Below, in pieces: positions 12,919 to 24,834 of a stretch of 64,000 nt of DNA. This stretch comes from Utricularia gibba (lineage: Eukaryota; Plantae; Magnoliophyta), in NCBI GenBank assembly GCA_002189035.1, contig NEEC01000017.1, positions 434,001 through 498,000 on the forward strand, read 5' to 3'. Both the position numbers and the translations under genes were made by a program. Within the stretch, counting starts at the first letter, position 1, and each line of letters begins with the position of its first letter. The notes beneath the pieces were generated by a model, which worked only from the letters and a program-made list of their open reading frames with translations, made no database searches and was not told the origin of the DNA.

Positions 12919-15071
12919 TTATCGTGAAACCTGTATATTGTGTTGATCACAGCTGCGAGAATTCTTTGCGAACAATGCTTGCAATGATCTCGACTTTTTC
13001 TTCCTTGTAAATCCTGCTTCCTTCAATAGCTCCTCAAGCCTTCGCTTGATGTCTTCTGTGGTAGAATTCGCAGTCCCAAGCTTCTCCTCTCGCAACTCGA
13101 TGATGTACCCCAGGATTTCAATTGCATCAGATGTTCTGTACGTTGAAATCAACGGGTAAGTGCATAGATCTGTTTCTTCATAACGAAATGCAATACATGT
13201 GCACCATTATCTAACTCTGCATCTAAAATTTAGTTTTTACCTGCCCATGGCATCGTAGATTCCTGCAAGGTTACTATAAACTCCAAGTGTATCAGCATGA
13301 AAAGGTCCACATTCTTCCTCTAAAATGCCTCTAGATTCTTCAAACAAATCTGCAGCTTCATTAATGGCCAAAAGCTGCACACAAGCAAGTCCCATTTGGT
13401 TTAAAGCAATACCGAAAAGGGCAGATTTCTTTCCTCCAATCGAGCCAAATTTTGAAATCGCACTCTTGAGGTAGCTATAAGATTCATTGTAGTTTCCTAA
13501 AATAAAATGCAAGACTCCCATTTGAGCTTCAATGCCAGCACTGATGCTCAGGTGCCCCTCTACATGGTTATATTTTTCCAAGGCCTGTCTAAGTAAGTTG
13601 AGCGCCTTTTCTGGTTCATTTGAAGACTCGTAGAGAGCTGAGACAGCCACCAACCCACTGGCAATCTCCTCAACTGGGGCTCCCGGAATCGGCTTGTAGT
13701 AAATACGAAGAGCATTTTCACAGCAGGATTTGGATTCAGTGAGTTTTCCAATCTTGTTATACACATCAGCCAAACGGACAGAAACTGAAGCAACAGATGG
13801 ATGGTCCTCTCCAGTATGTGTTTTGAACATGTTTAGAGCTTTCTGATAGGCAAAAATGGCCTCATCATACCGAGCCATTGATAAATATGCGTCCCCAATG
13901 CAACAGTCTATGGATGCAACAGCCACATTCTGACCATTAGCAGCCACGGCCATGCTCGCAAGTACATAATGTTCCAGAGCACCTTTATAATCTCCTTTGG
14001 CATCGCAAATAAGCCCGAGCAATCTCCTGTCTTCGGCTCCCTGAGGAGAAGATGATAAGCCGTTCTCCTCAAGGATTGCAATAGACTTTCTACAAAGCTT
14101 CTCTGCCTCGTCAAATTGCAATGCTTGAACATGAGCTACAGCTACGTAGCTGCAAGCTTCGGCATATCGGGGGTCTTTTTCTCCAAGAACCTGGCGTTGA
14201 ATCTCTAACCCTACGCTGTAAAAAAATATGGATTTTTCAATTTGCTCAACCATTGCATAAGTATCACCCAGCTGCATGCAGCCAGAAAACTTGGCAAGGG
14301 CATAGCGGTGATCCAAATCTATCAATGGAATATCAATAGACCTCTCAAGAATTGGAATGGCCTCAGAATAGCGACCTATGCTACAGTATAACGCCGCCAA
14401 AACATGGAGACAATTAACATAGTCCAAGTTAGGCTTTTCATCTTCTGAATGTTCAAAAACCTTCTTTGCTCGAAGAGCTAATGCAAGAGCCTTTTGTGGG
14501 TTGTCCCCCAATGCCATTATGGACTTGGCCTGTTTGAGCAAATACGGCCCAAGATATCCCCTTTCACTGTGAGCATTGGTTCCAATGCTTTTCTCCTTCC
14601 TTGACTTGGAAACGTTTTTCATTCTCTCTTTCCCATTTTGGGTACCCTTCAAAGGTTTGCTACTCAAAGTAACGATTTTGTTTCCCTTGGAGCCAGCTTT
14701 CAAGGGGAGGATATTTCTTTGCCTGGTGAAGATGAGGGAATCTTCTTTTCACCAGCATTGTCCACTGCACCATAATGTCCACCGGCAAGAAATCTGAGCT
14801 CAGAATCTATTCTCGATTCTTCACCATATGATAGAAGACTCATCCTCGATGGAGAATGATCCGAGCTTTGCATCTCATATACATTATTATAGAGTTGCTC
14901 AAGGGAGGCTCCAGCCACAAAACCCATGGCTAAATCCAGAGACTCACTCCCAGAACCCCCACTAGTCGAAGGGCTTCTTGGAGATTTATCAGTGAGAACT
15001 TCCCTTCGCAAGACATCATTAAATCCTTGTTCACCTGCAAGTTGTGGATCACCTGCGGTAGTTTCAGTCAT
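12919..15071 (-). CDS. KLCR: Kinesin light chain-related (KLCR/CMU-like) TPR protein; intron about 13136-13240; apparent 1-nt frameshift at 14704-14707
   Basis: SLEQLYNNVYEMQSSD..SYGEESRIDSELRFL N-terminus, LGPYLLKQA, CLHVLAALYCSIGRYSEAIP, FSGCMQLGDTYAM, HADTLGVYSNLAGIYDAMGR, REEKLGTAN. Confidence 0.88.
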
Positions 15072-16097
15072 TGGAGACAGATGCAATCTGCGATTTTGTC
15101 ACCAGTCACCACTGCCTATCCGCAAGAACAGACAATGATTTGTTAATAGTAGAAATCTTGGGGAAGGAATTCAAGGAAATCTTGCTGAGAATCATGAACT
15201 CAAGCCTATCCAATCCAAATTCAGCTTTTGGCTCAATCCTCCACAGTGTTCCATTGAAACAGAAATCCACAGCCGTAGTAAAATCTAAAATAACCACATA
15301 CCAGAAAAGACCAAATCCAAACAAGTTCTCCGCAGCAAGCATTCCATTTTTCAACTAAACATACATTTTCCCTATTCAACTAAACACATACACCATTAAA
15401 TATCACCAAGAAAGTAAAAAATTCAAAATTCTCTTGTGGGTAATAATTTCGGGTATTAATAGAGAAGCTGTAATTGTACACTTGCCAACATAAAAAGGCG
15501 TGGCCGAAACAACGCTACTAGCATAAGAAAAGATGATACCTGTATCTCCAGGCTCAGCCTTCCGGGTCAACTACGAGCGTTGTGTCTACATATGAATCCA
15601 GTTGTTTATATAATCCGATAGGCAGAGAGAAAATGCTGGTTAGGCTGAAAAACCGGATGATGAAAGAAAAACAATAACCACCGCTACAATGACTAGGAAT
15701 CAAACGCCTGCAAGTGCAAGCCCTGAAAACTGCAGGTAGGCCAATCGGCAGAACGAAGTTGTGAAAGGGAATCATGGCGATTTATTGTTAAAGCAAGAGT
15801 GAAAGCGAACAGGGACCAGAAAATAAAGGCTTGAAGCTGACTGAACACCTAGGTTTTTGAACCGCCTGCCGGAGCATCGGATCCCGGCCGCCGCTCCCGG
15901 TTCAAACCGCCCTTCCGTGATCTTTCATGTACGCGCCTTCTTTCATTTCACTTCAGATTTCAATTCTCCACTGTCGCCTTCTACACCATATAAAACCCCA
16001 ACTATAGCAGCACCAGTCCCCTTTCTCAACGTCAGAGGCGCAACCTTTTTATATAAAAATAATAATATTTTGTAATGATGAATTCGATTATTTAAAA

Positions 16098-16319
16098 TAG
16101 TGTTTCGGAATATTTATTATGAATATTTATAATTTCCGAAAAATATAAAATATTAGTAGAAATAATTTATAAAAATAGAGATCTTATTACTTTTATTTTT
16201 TACTGTTTATAAAACTTGATTTTAAAAATATTTTTACTATAATTAAAAATAGAAATTGATTGTATTCCGTGCATAAATTATTTTTATTATTTCAAAAATA
16301 GAAATATTACGGAACACTG
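16098..16319. mobile_element. Degenerate ~220-bp MITE-like element with (T/C)AGTGTT termini
   Basis: Left TAGTGTTTCGGAATATTT vs reverse complement of right end CAGTGTTCCGTAATATTT (15/18). AT-rich interior; no clean TSD. Confidence 0.5.
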
Positions 16320-16374
16320 TTTAAATTCAAATATTCGAACAATAAAATTATGTGCATGGTTAAATGCTATAAAT

Positions 16375-16639
16375 CAGTGTTTTAAAAACAGGTTAAATCA
16401 TTTAATTATGGTTTTTAAAGTGAGTTTAATCATATTTATCAAAATATTAAAATATAATTATAAGCTCCTGATTTAATACATCAGAATATTGAAAATGTAG
16501 AAAATTCAAAATATATCACTAAACATTTGATACAATTACATTAATAAGGTTCATTAAAATCATCATCATCGTATCATATCACATTGCATTTTTTCTATTA
16601 ATGTAAATGCATACATAATAATATAATTATTAAAATTTA

Positions 16640-16670
<31 letters not shown>

Positions 16671-16807
16671 CAAATATTTATAATAAAACTTCGATTTAAT
16701 ATTTACTAAAATAATATATATATTTAATACTAATATAATTAGATCCAACCTACTAAAATACCAGTTAGAATCTATAACCAATGGTGAAACATGGTTTTAA
16801 AACAGTG
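16375..16807. mobile_element. hAT-type non-autonomous element (433 bp) with perfect 8-bp TSD CTATAAAT
   Basis: TSD at 16367-16374 and 16808-16815. Imperfect TIRs CAGTGTTTTTAAAAACAGGTT and AAACATGGTTTTAAAACAGTG. Internal (TA)n tract; no coding capacity. Confidence 0.8.
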
Positions 16808-16899
16808 CTATAAATAGTAACCCATGGGAAATTGTTGGTGTGGCAGGAAATGAACAAAGACCAACAGTCACGAGAAACTAAAAATAGGCATCTCCTACA

Positions 16900-16908
16900 C
16901 TATAAATA
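16900..16908 (+). promoter_or_regulatory. TATA box of the polygalacturonase gene
   Basis: CTATAAATA about 50 nt upstream of ATG 16950. Confidence 0.6.
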
Positions 16909-16949
16909 CGTGGCCATGAAGGCCATTCTCATCATCAATCATTCCTCCA

Positions 16950-18368
16950 ATGGCTCTCAGTCTCATTGCCCTCGTCGTCTTCCTCCTTCCCGTCGCCTCT
17001 CATGCCCAGAAGGTCTTCAACATCAACGACTTCGGCGCCAAGCCCGACGCAGACATCAGCCAGGTACTCCTCGATTTTGTCTTTTTCAACGGATTCTACG
17101 GGTGAATTTCTGCGATTGATGTGTTGTCCGTTCTCAGGCGTTGTCGAGTGCGTGGGCTGAGGCGAGCAAATTGACGGAGGCTTCTAAAATTGTGGTTCCG
17201 GCGGGGACATGGCAGTTGAGCCAAGTGAAGCTGGCGGAGAACAAAGCTCCTTTGGAGCTTGAGGTTCAGGGTACAATTGTGGCGACTGATAATCTGCCTG
17301 ACAAGCAGGCGGAGTGGATCACCATCAACTACGTTGATCATTTTACTCTCTCCGGCGGCGGCGTCTTCGATGGGCGTGGGAGCAGGCGTGGAAGCAAAAT
17401 GACTGCGACAAGAATGCTAATTGCGCCAAGCAGCCCATCGTAATTTCCTAAAACGAAAATTAATACTTCCTCTCGTGATGCAGATTAACCAATTGATCGG
17501 AATTGCAGAACTTGAGCTTCAACTTCATCAAGAACTCGGTGATCAGGGACGTGACGACCAAGGACAGCAAGAACTTCCACGTGAACTGCATCTCCAGCAG
17601 CAATGTGACGTTCCAGCGGTTCACCGTCTCGGCTCCGGGGGATAGTGTCAACACCGACGGGCTCCATCTAGCGAGGGACACCGGGGTCTACGTCCTGGAC
17701 TCCACCATCAAAACCGGCGACGACTGCGTCTCCATCGGGGACGACAGCCACGAGATCCACATTCACAACGTGGTCTGTGGCCCGGGGCATGGCATCAGCA
17801 TTGGAAGCCTCGGCAAGTTCGCCACCGAGAAGGATGTCAACGGGATCTTCATCCAGAACTGCACCTTCATCGGAACCCAGAACGGCGTCCGTATCAAGAC
17901 GTGGCCGTCGACGCCGGCGACTCTCCGCATCTCCGATCTCCACTTCGAGGACCTGATCATGCAGGACGTCAATAACCCCATCATCATCGACCAGGAATAC
18001 TGCCCATACAACCTGTGCAAGCTCGACGTAACCTCCTTCCTCCACGCATCCAATGACTACGCCATACGTATCTGCAAGTTCATCGATTTTAATCTATCTT
18101 TCGATGGCTGCAGAAACCATCCTTGATCCAGATCAGCGACGTGACGATTAAGAACGTCAAGGGGACCTCCATGACGGAGGAGGCGGTGACGCTGTGGTGC
18201 AGCAGCACCAAGCCCTGCCAGGGAATCGATATCTCGAACGTGGACATCAGTGGCACCGCCGGGAAGAAGGTCATTTCCAAGTGCAAGAATGTCCAGCTCG
18301 CCTCCACAGACGGACCGGTCGCCGCCGAATGCGCCACTAGCGCCAATAACGCCACTAAGGCCGCCTGA
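16950..18368 (+). CDS. Secreted polygalacturonase (GH28, exopolygalacturonase/pollen-type), 4 exons; apparent 1-nt frameshift at 17378-17380
   Basis: Signal peptide MALSLIALVVFLLPVASHA; FNINDFGAKPD; GH28 motifs NTDG, GDDC, CGPGHGISIGSLG, GVRIKTWP; IIIDQEYCP. Confidence 0.93.
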
Positions 18369-19026
18369 ACACCAGATCGGCCGACCGTTGGATGGAGAAA
18401 TTCTTCCCCAAGTACTTAAAATTTTGGTAGTAAACGAGAATGAATAAGTGGTATTAGTAGAATAATAAATATTTTTATTTGTTTTTAATGTTGTTTGAAA
18501 AATTGAAAAATAATACGTTAACTAAAAAAATAGATATTTTAGAAAAATCCAACATAGGTCCTTTTCACAATGGAAACCATCTTTATCCCTACAACATTTA
18601 TAATTGTGCACGTGTCGAGGGATGTCCAAATGAAACCACGTTTCCACAAAAAAAATAATATGAATTCAAACTTTATTATTCAATTTGATAATTATGGGAA
18701 AAAGTATTTAGGTTATTATTATTATAAATATTTAATTTTACTCATAGAAATTATTATTATAAAATACAAATGATTTTTTGAGCTAAAAAAGAGCTTCGTT
18801 GATTTTTTTTATTTTTTATTTATGTGCAATTCTTGCCAAAAGGCGACGTCTATTCACTATTGTGGTCTTCGAACAGGAGTATCGGATTTTATTTGTTAAT
18901 AATTATGTTGCTCTAGCGTAGCCCACTTTGTCCAGTTTCCGCTAACCGTCTTTTCGTATAGCGTTGGCTACTGAAGCACCGTGTCACTTCTTTCTTCCTC
19001 TTGATCCTTGGCATTTCTCGTAACAG

Positions 19027-20973
19027 ATGGCGATGAAGCGTGCTGCAGCACTTGGACTTTCCGCCTCCTCGTCGATTCTCACTAGGCGTCTTCATGTAAT
19101 ATCGTCCTTCTCCGATTCTATCGCTTGCTGTTTTTGGTTTTCGGGGTTTCTTTGTTTTTTTGTTTCTTCTGATGGTTTTGGGTTAGCTTGAAGTTGGACT
19201 TCTTCTGTGGATTCAATGGGTTTCCTCGATTTTCACGGGTTGTTTCTGGGTTTTGGTGTTATAGATGATTACTTGTCGGAAAGAAGAAAGGGGGCAATTC
19301 TTCGATCACGTCAAGTGTATGAGTAGTTGACGACGAGTTGAGCAGTCTGAGGGAGGGGGATTTTGATTTCATGAACTGGACCCTTGGCTAAAATATTTCG
19401 TTTTCCCATAAGTTTTTGGCTATTCCTAGTTTCAAAGTTTTGAATAGAGCAATGTCATATTGCTTATCGGGTTACGTTTGATCGGTAGTTAATAGTTTCT
19501 ATCCGTGATGAGATTTCCGGGTTCTTCTCTGGAATCCTTATGTTTAATGAATGCAGGCTTCCCCTGGTCCCAAGAAAATTGTGGGCGTTCTTTACAAGGC
19601 AAATGAATACGCTTCCACGAATCCCAACTTCGTGGCTTGTGCTGAAAATGCTTTGGGCATACGCGATTGGTTGGAGTCGCAAGGCCACCAGTACATTGTC
19701 ACTGCGGACAAGGAAGGCCCTCACTGTGGTAACTATGCTACTCTTTTGTTAAACCTGAGTTCAGAAACAGGGGAAGAATTTGTTGACAGTATGTTGTGTG
19801 TGTGTAGCTGACGCTTTTTCCTCCTTGTGTTGCGCAGAGCTTGAGAAACATATACCTGATCTACATGTGCTGATTACCACCCCTTTCCATCCCGCTTATG
19901 TAACTGCTGAAAGGATCGAAAAAGCTAAAAACTTGCAGCTGGTGCTCACTGCCGGCATCGGTTCGGACCACGTTGATCTCAAGGCTGCAGCAGCAGCTGG
20001 ATTAACCGTTGCTGAGGTAACTGGGAGTAACACAGTCTCGGTTGCTGAAGATGAACTCATGAGGATTCTCATACTGGTCCGCAATTTTCTACCTGGATAT
20101 CATCAAGTTATAAACGGGGAGTGGAATGTTGCAGCTATTGCACACAGGGCTTACGACCTTGAAGGTAAAACTGTGGGAACTGTTGGAGCTGGACGCATAG
20201 GCCGTTTGCTGATGCAGAGACTAAAGCCTTTCAACTGCAATGTACTGTACCACGATCGCATTAAGATTGATCCGGAGCTCGAGAGTGAGATCGGGGCTAA
20301 GTATGAGGAGGACCTTGATGCAATGCTTCCCAAATGTGACATTGTTGTCATCAACACACCTCTGACTGAGAAAACCAAGTAACCTTTGTTTTACGCTTCT
20401 GTGGATGGATCCCAAAGCAAATATAGCTAATCAACAGTTTCTTGTCTGCCCCTTCTTCGTAGAGGAATGTTTGATAAAGAGAGGATAGCGAAGCTCAAAA
20501 AGGGAGTTCTCATTGTCAACAATGCAAGAGGTGCAATCATGGACACACAGGCAGTTGTTGATGCTTGCTCATCCGGGCATATTGCAGGTACCATTTCCAC
20601 TCCCGGATCCAGTTTCAGACCTTCATCTTCACGCTACTCGAGCTGCAACTCTTGAATTCAGGTTACAGTGGAGACGTTTGGTTCCCACAGCCAGCACCCA
20701 AGGATCATCCCTGGCGCTACATGCCAAACCAGGCCATGACTCCCCACATCTCTGGAACCACCATTGATGCACAGGTATAATCTGCTCTGCCAATGGTTAC
20801 AAATGTTTTTTTCTTAGCTCCAAGAGATCAGCAGTTTTTGCGTTTTGATGTTGGCATAGCTTCGGTATGCTGCTGGTGTGAAGGAGATGCTGGATAGGTA
20901 CTTCAAAGGCGAGGACTTCCCTCAACACTATTACATTGTCAAGGATGGAGAACTGGCTGCACAGTATCGTTAG
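19027..20973 (+). CDS. FDH: NAD-dependent formate dehydrogenase, mitochondrial, 6 exons
   Basis: MAMKRAA presequence, [86 protein letters not shown]. Confidence 0.97.
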
Positions 20974-21572
20974 GTACAATGTGGTCTGGCAACTGCAAAT
21001 AAAGCAACTTCGCTCCACTCTGAAGAACGGATCAGCTGCTGCTGCTCTCTCTTCCAGACAATTTGCTCACTGTACTGAAGCGGCTCTGTGTCTACCGCGA
21101 GTTGTTTTGTTTTGAATAAATATTATCAACAATTAAACACGATTAAGCATACAATTAAAACTCTAAATGAGTATATGATAATGAATGATAGATTAAATAG
21201 AAAGTTTAATTTAAAATCAATTTTAATTAAATTTAAATTTACTAAACTTGCTTATTGAAAATAAAATACATGATATATTTTATACTAAACTTAATACACA
21301 TTTATTTAATATATTTAAGTGTATTTATTAAATATATTTTAAATTTAAAACTATAACTGCTATTTTATTTTACACTATATAACTATATTATTATTAATTA
21401 TTAAGTAATTATAGTCAATGACAAAGACAGCATTAATGAGGGGACCCACTCGCCCTAAGTTTTCTGTACTTATCCCTTGCGGTTCTCAAATTGAAGGGAT
21501 GTTAACGGTCGGCGCGGTCACCTACAAAACCTTCCTGGCTCCTGCGGGGCTGCGCCGGAGAAAGAGAGTGAG

Positions 21573-24500
21573 ATGGGGGCTTCTTCCGTCGACGGCTTGG
21601 CACCGATGAACGGATTAACGCACGCGCAAGGTCTGCGATACTCTAAGAGCGTGTGCGATAATGTCCATGGAAGCATTTCCCTCGATCCGGTATTTCATTT
21701 TTTGTAACGGCATTTCTTTTGGTTATTATACGCACGTACACGATGTTTGAAGTCCATGAAAACGCTATGTATAACGTGGATATGGAATGTAAAGTTTTTT
21801 TAAGTGTATGGTGTGGATTTTTTTGTGCGTGGCTTGGTATACTGATGAAGTGAGTGATTGCAGCTTGCTTTGAAATTTATTGACACAGAGCAATTTCAGA
21901 GGTAAATGAATGATAGTTTTATGATAGTGCCTCGTTGTATTCCGTTTTTTTACATGATATTTCGTCTGATGGCAGGTTGCGAGAACTTAAACAACTTGGT
22001 GAGTTTACCTACTTTTTTTCTTGCTGTTTCTCTCCTGTTATGCAATAGAAATGTGAGAGTGTACAAAAGTATGAATGAACAAAAGTATGCTAAACTGATA
22101 CTTTTAATTTCAGGGATGGTACACATGGTTTATCCTGGAGCTGTACACTCCAGATTTGAGCATTCATTAGGTGTTTATTGGCTTGCTGGTGAAGCGGTGA
22201 ATAAGTTGATCGCTAACCAAGTATGACAATCTGCTAGGCGTGTTCGTCTTATTGTATTTGAAATAGTGCATTTTTAGTTTGTAATACTCTTATCCTTCCA
22301 GGGATTGGAGCTTGGCATAGATCGCTTTGATGTCCAAGCCGTGAAGCTTGCAGGTTCTAACTAAAAAAATTTAAATATGCAGCACATTTAGACTGTATGT
22401 ATTTAATTGTTTTAGTTAATCATGATTTGCTGATATGGTCGATTGACAGGGCTTTTACATGACATAGGCCATGGACCTTTTAGTCATTTGTTTGAACGTG
22501 AGTTTCTGCCCATGGTTTTCAAGGGATCAGACTGGTACTACGTACCTCACTCTACTTTACTTCATGAAAGCATAGGCTATATTCTGGATATGCTTGTTTT
22601 GTGCCAGTTGAGTTGGAATAGATGTTGAATTCCGGATTTCTGTCATATGCTGTATCATAGCCCAAGCTTTTCACTCAATCTGTGACTAAGATTCTCTAAT
22701 ATTTGGATTATTTGTGACGTGTCTGGTGATTTTTGGCAACCAAAATCTTTGCCTTCCCTTTTATGTAAAGTTGTGCAAATTTGTTTATAGGTCTCATGAG
22801 CATATGTCTGTACAGATGGTAAATCATATTGTTGATGAGCATCATATTGATATAGATAACGGGACCTTGAAAAAAGTGCAGGTGAACAGTTTTGAAAGCA
22901 ATTCTTCTCATGCGATGCATTTAATTCCATGATTTTGATTTTTAGCTTTGCTTGTTAACTTTATTGCAGGAGATGATAGTTGCTAGTCTAAACCACTCAA
23001 CAACCAAAGTTAGTATTCTCTTAGTTTGATTATTGTATCCACTTGTTGCCTTATATCTTATGGTTCTCATATCATGTCGTCTTTGTGTTTTCTTGACAAC
23101 CAGAGTGCACAAGATAAGCATTTCCTCTATGATATTGTGGCCAATGGCCGAAATGGGATTGACGTTGACAAGTTAGTAAGCTGAAATTAGCACAGATTTC
23201 TCATTCATTGACGCCGTTCCTTGTGTTTGTGTGGGTGCGCCTACATATTTGTTGTATCATTTGCTACTATTGCTTCAGCTTGTGAACGGAACTGTGTGTT
23301 TATCAAATATGTGGCACAGGTTCGATTATATCACACGTGATAGCCGGGCATGTGGATTGGGCTGCGCGTTTCAGTTTCCAAGGTTGTTTGCTGACTAGTT
23401 TCATTTCTTTCTAGTTCTAATTAGAAAAAAGAGAGAAAAACAGTCTTATGAGTAATTTGCTGTCCAGGCTGATGGAGAGTATGCGAGTTATTGGAGACGA
23501 GATATGCTTCAGGGCCAAAGACTGTAGACATATTTATATCAACCTAACATTTACGTTCTAGAGCAAGTGCCTTCAGTGATTTGGATATATTTCTATTTCA
23601 GATCTAACTGTCCATAAGTTGTTCGCAGCAAGAGCTGATTTGCATCGAACTGTTTATAATCATGCAAAAGTGAAGGTACTATCAGCATGTCTCTTAGTTT
23701 TGTTTTTAGTTTCCCTTTTGGTCTCAAGAAAATTAAAAATATGTAAAAGCTATGACAGATCAACTTCTTTTCAGGCTATAGAACTGATGGTCTTAGATGC
23801 CCTCGTGAGAGCAAATGATTATCTGCAATTAGCATGCCACATACATGACCCGGCCCAATTTTGGAAAGTCGGTATCACTTTTAAACTGCTACCAGATTTT
23901 GAAGTATTAACAGCTTTACCTTTCTGGTATAGGTAGATGACACAATCATTAAGACAATTGAGACATCCGCGGATGCAGAACTGAAGGAATCCAGGGATTT
24001 GATTCTCCGTATTCGTAGGAGAGATTTATATCAGGTTCTTTGCTCATGTTCATCTGCATTAGTTATTGTATCCTTCGCCTGATGTAAGGTACTCTGGACG
24101 CCTCTGGTTTTGCAGTTTTGCAATGAGTATGCTGTTCCAAAGGATAAAGTGGAACATTTTAGGGACGTTACTGCACAAGACATTATATGCTCGCAGGTAC
24201 TAGAAACATTTCATGTGTTAATTCACTTGTTTTCCGTGCTTTCATGACATATTCAGTCTGCAATCGTGACTTTATAGAAAAAAAGTGCTGTGACACTTAC
24301 AGAAGAGGATGTTGTGGTTAGCAATGTGCGGATTGATTTAACTCGTGGGCGGCAAAATCCTCTGGAAAGGTGGTTATCATTTCAAGTCGAGCTGATTTTA
24401 TCATTATATGTTGTAAAACGTTATTAATCCATCGTTGCACTTGTTCATTCTTGCAGCGTCATGTTTTTCAAGGTATCTTATCTCACTTTCAAGTCCATTC

Positions 24501-24834
24501 CCTTTGTGAGCTTTATTCTATTAAGCTTATGGATGATCACTTGCCCAGGATTGCGAAAGTGAGGACAAGTTCCCGATTCCTGATGACCGGGTCAGCCACT
24601 TACTTCCAGCATCCAATCAAGACAACATCGTACGAGTGTACTCCAAGAAGCCTGAATTGGTTTGTTGGCTTAAACCATGAAGTTTGCATACAATCTAGCT
24701 TCGAAACGAAATTCACGTTGATGGCTCCTCAGGTTGGAATAATTTCGGAGGCCTTCGAGAACTTCCAGCTGAAGAAATATGGAATCAAGGCTCAAATACA
24801 CGAGACACCAGAGAAGAAGAAGCGGCGTTTGTGA
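21573..24834 (+). CDS. VEN4: HD-domain dNTP triphosphohydrolase, SAMHD1 homolog (VENOSA4-like), many short exons
   Basis: DNVHG, FIDTEQFQRLRELKQLG, YPGAVHSRFEHSLG, GLLHDIGHGPFSHLFE, DIVANGRNGIDVDKFDY, RADLHRTVYNHAKVKAIE; ends HETPEKKKRRL*. Confidence 0.92.

Noticed and set aside
16646-16670. (TA)n tracts here and at about 52196, 52866 and 53032; (CTTCC)4 at 27971; (TATC)n at 25002; poly-A at 34031
   Set aside because: Ordinary microsatellites, not an array system; no CRISPR-like repeat-spacer structure anywhere.
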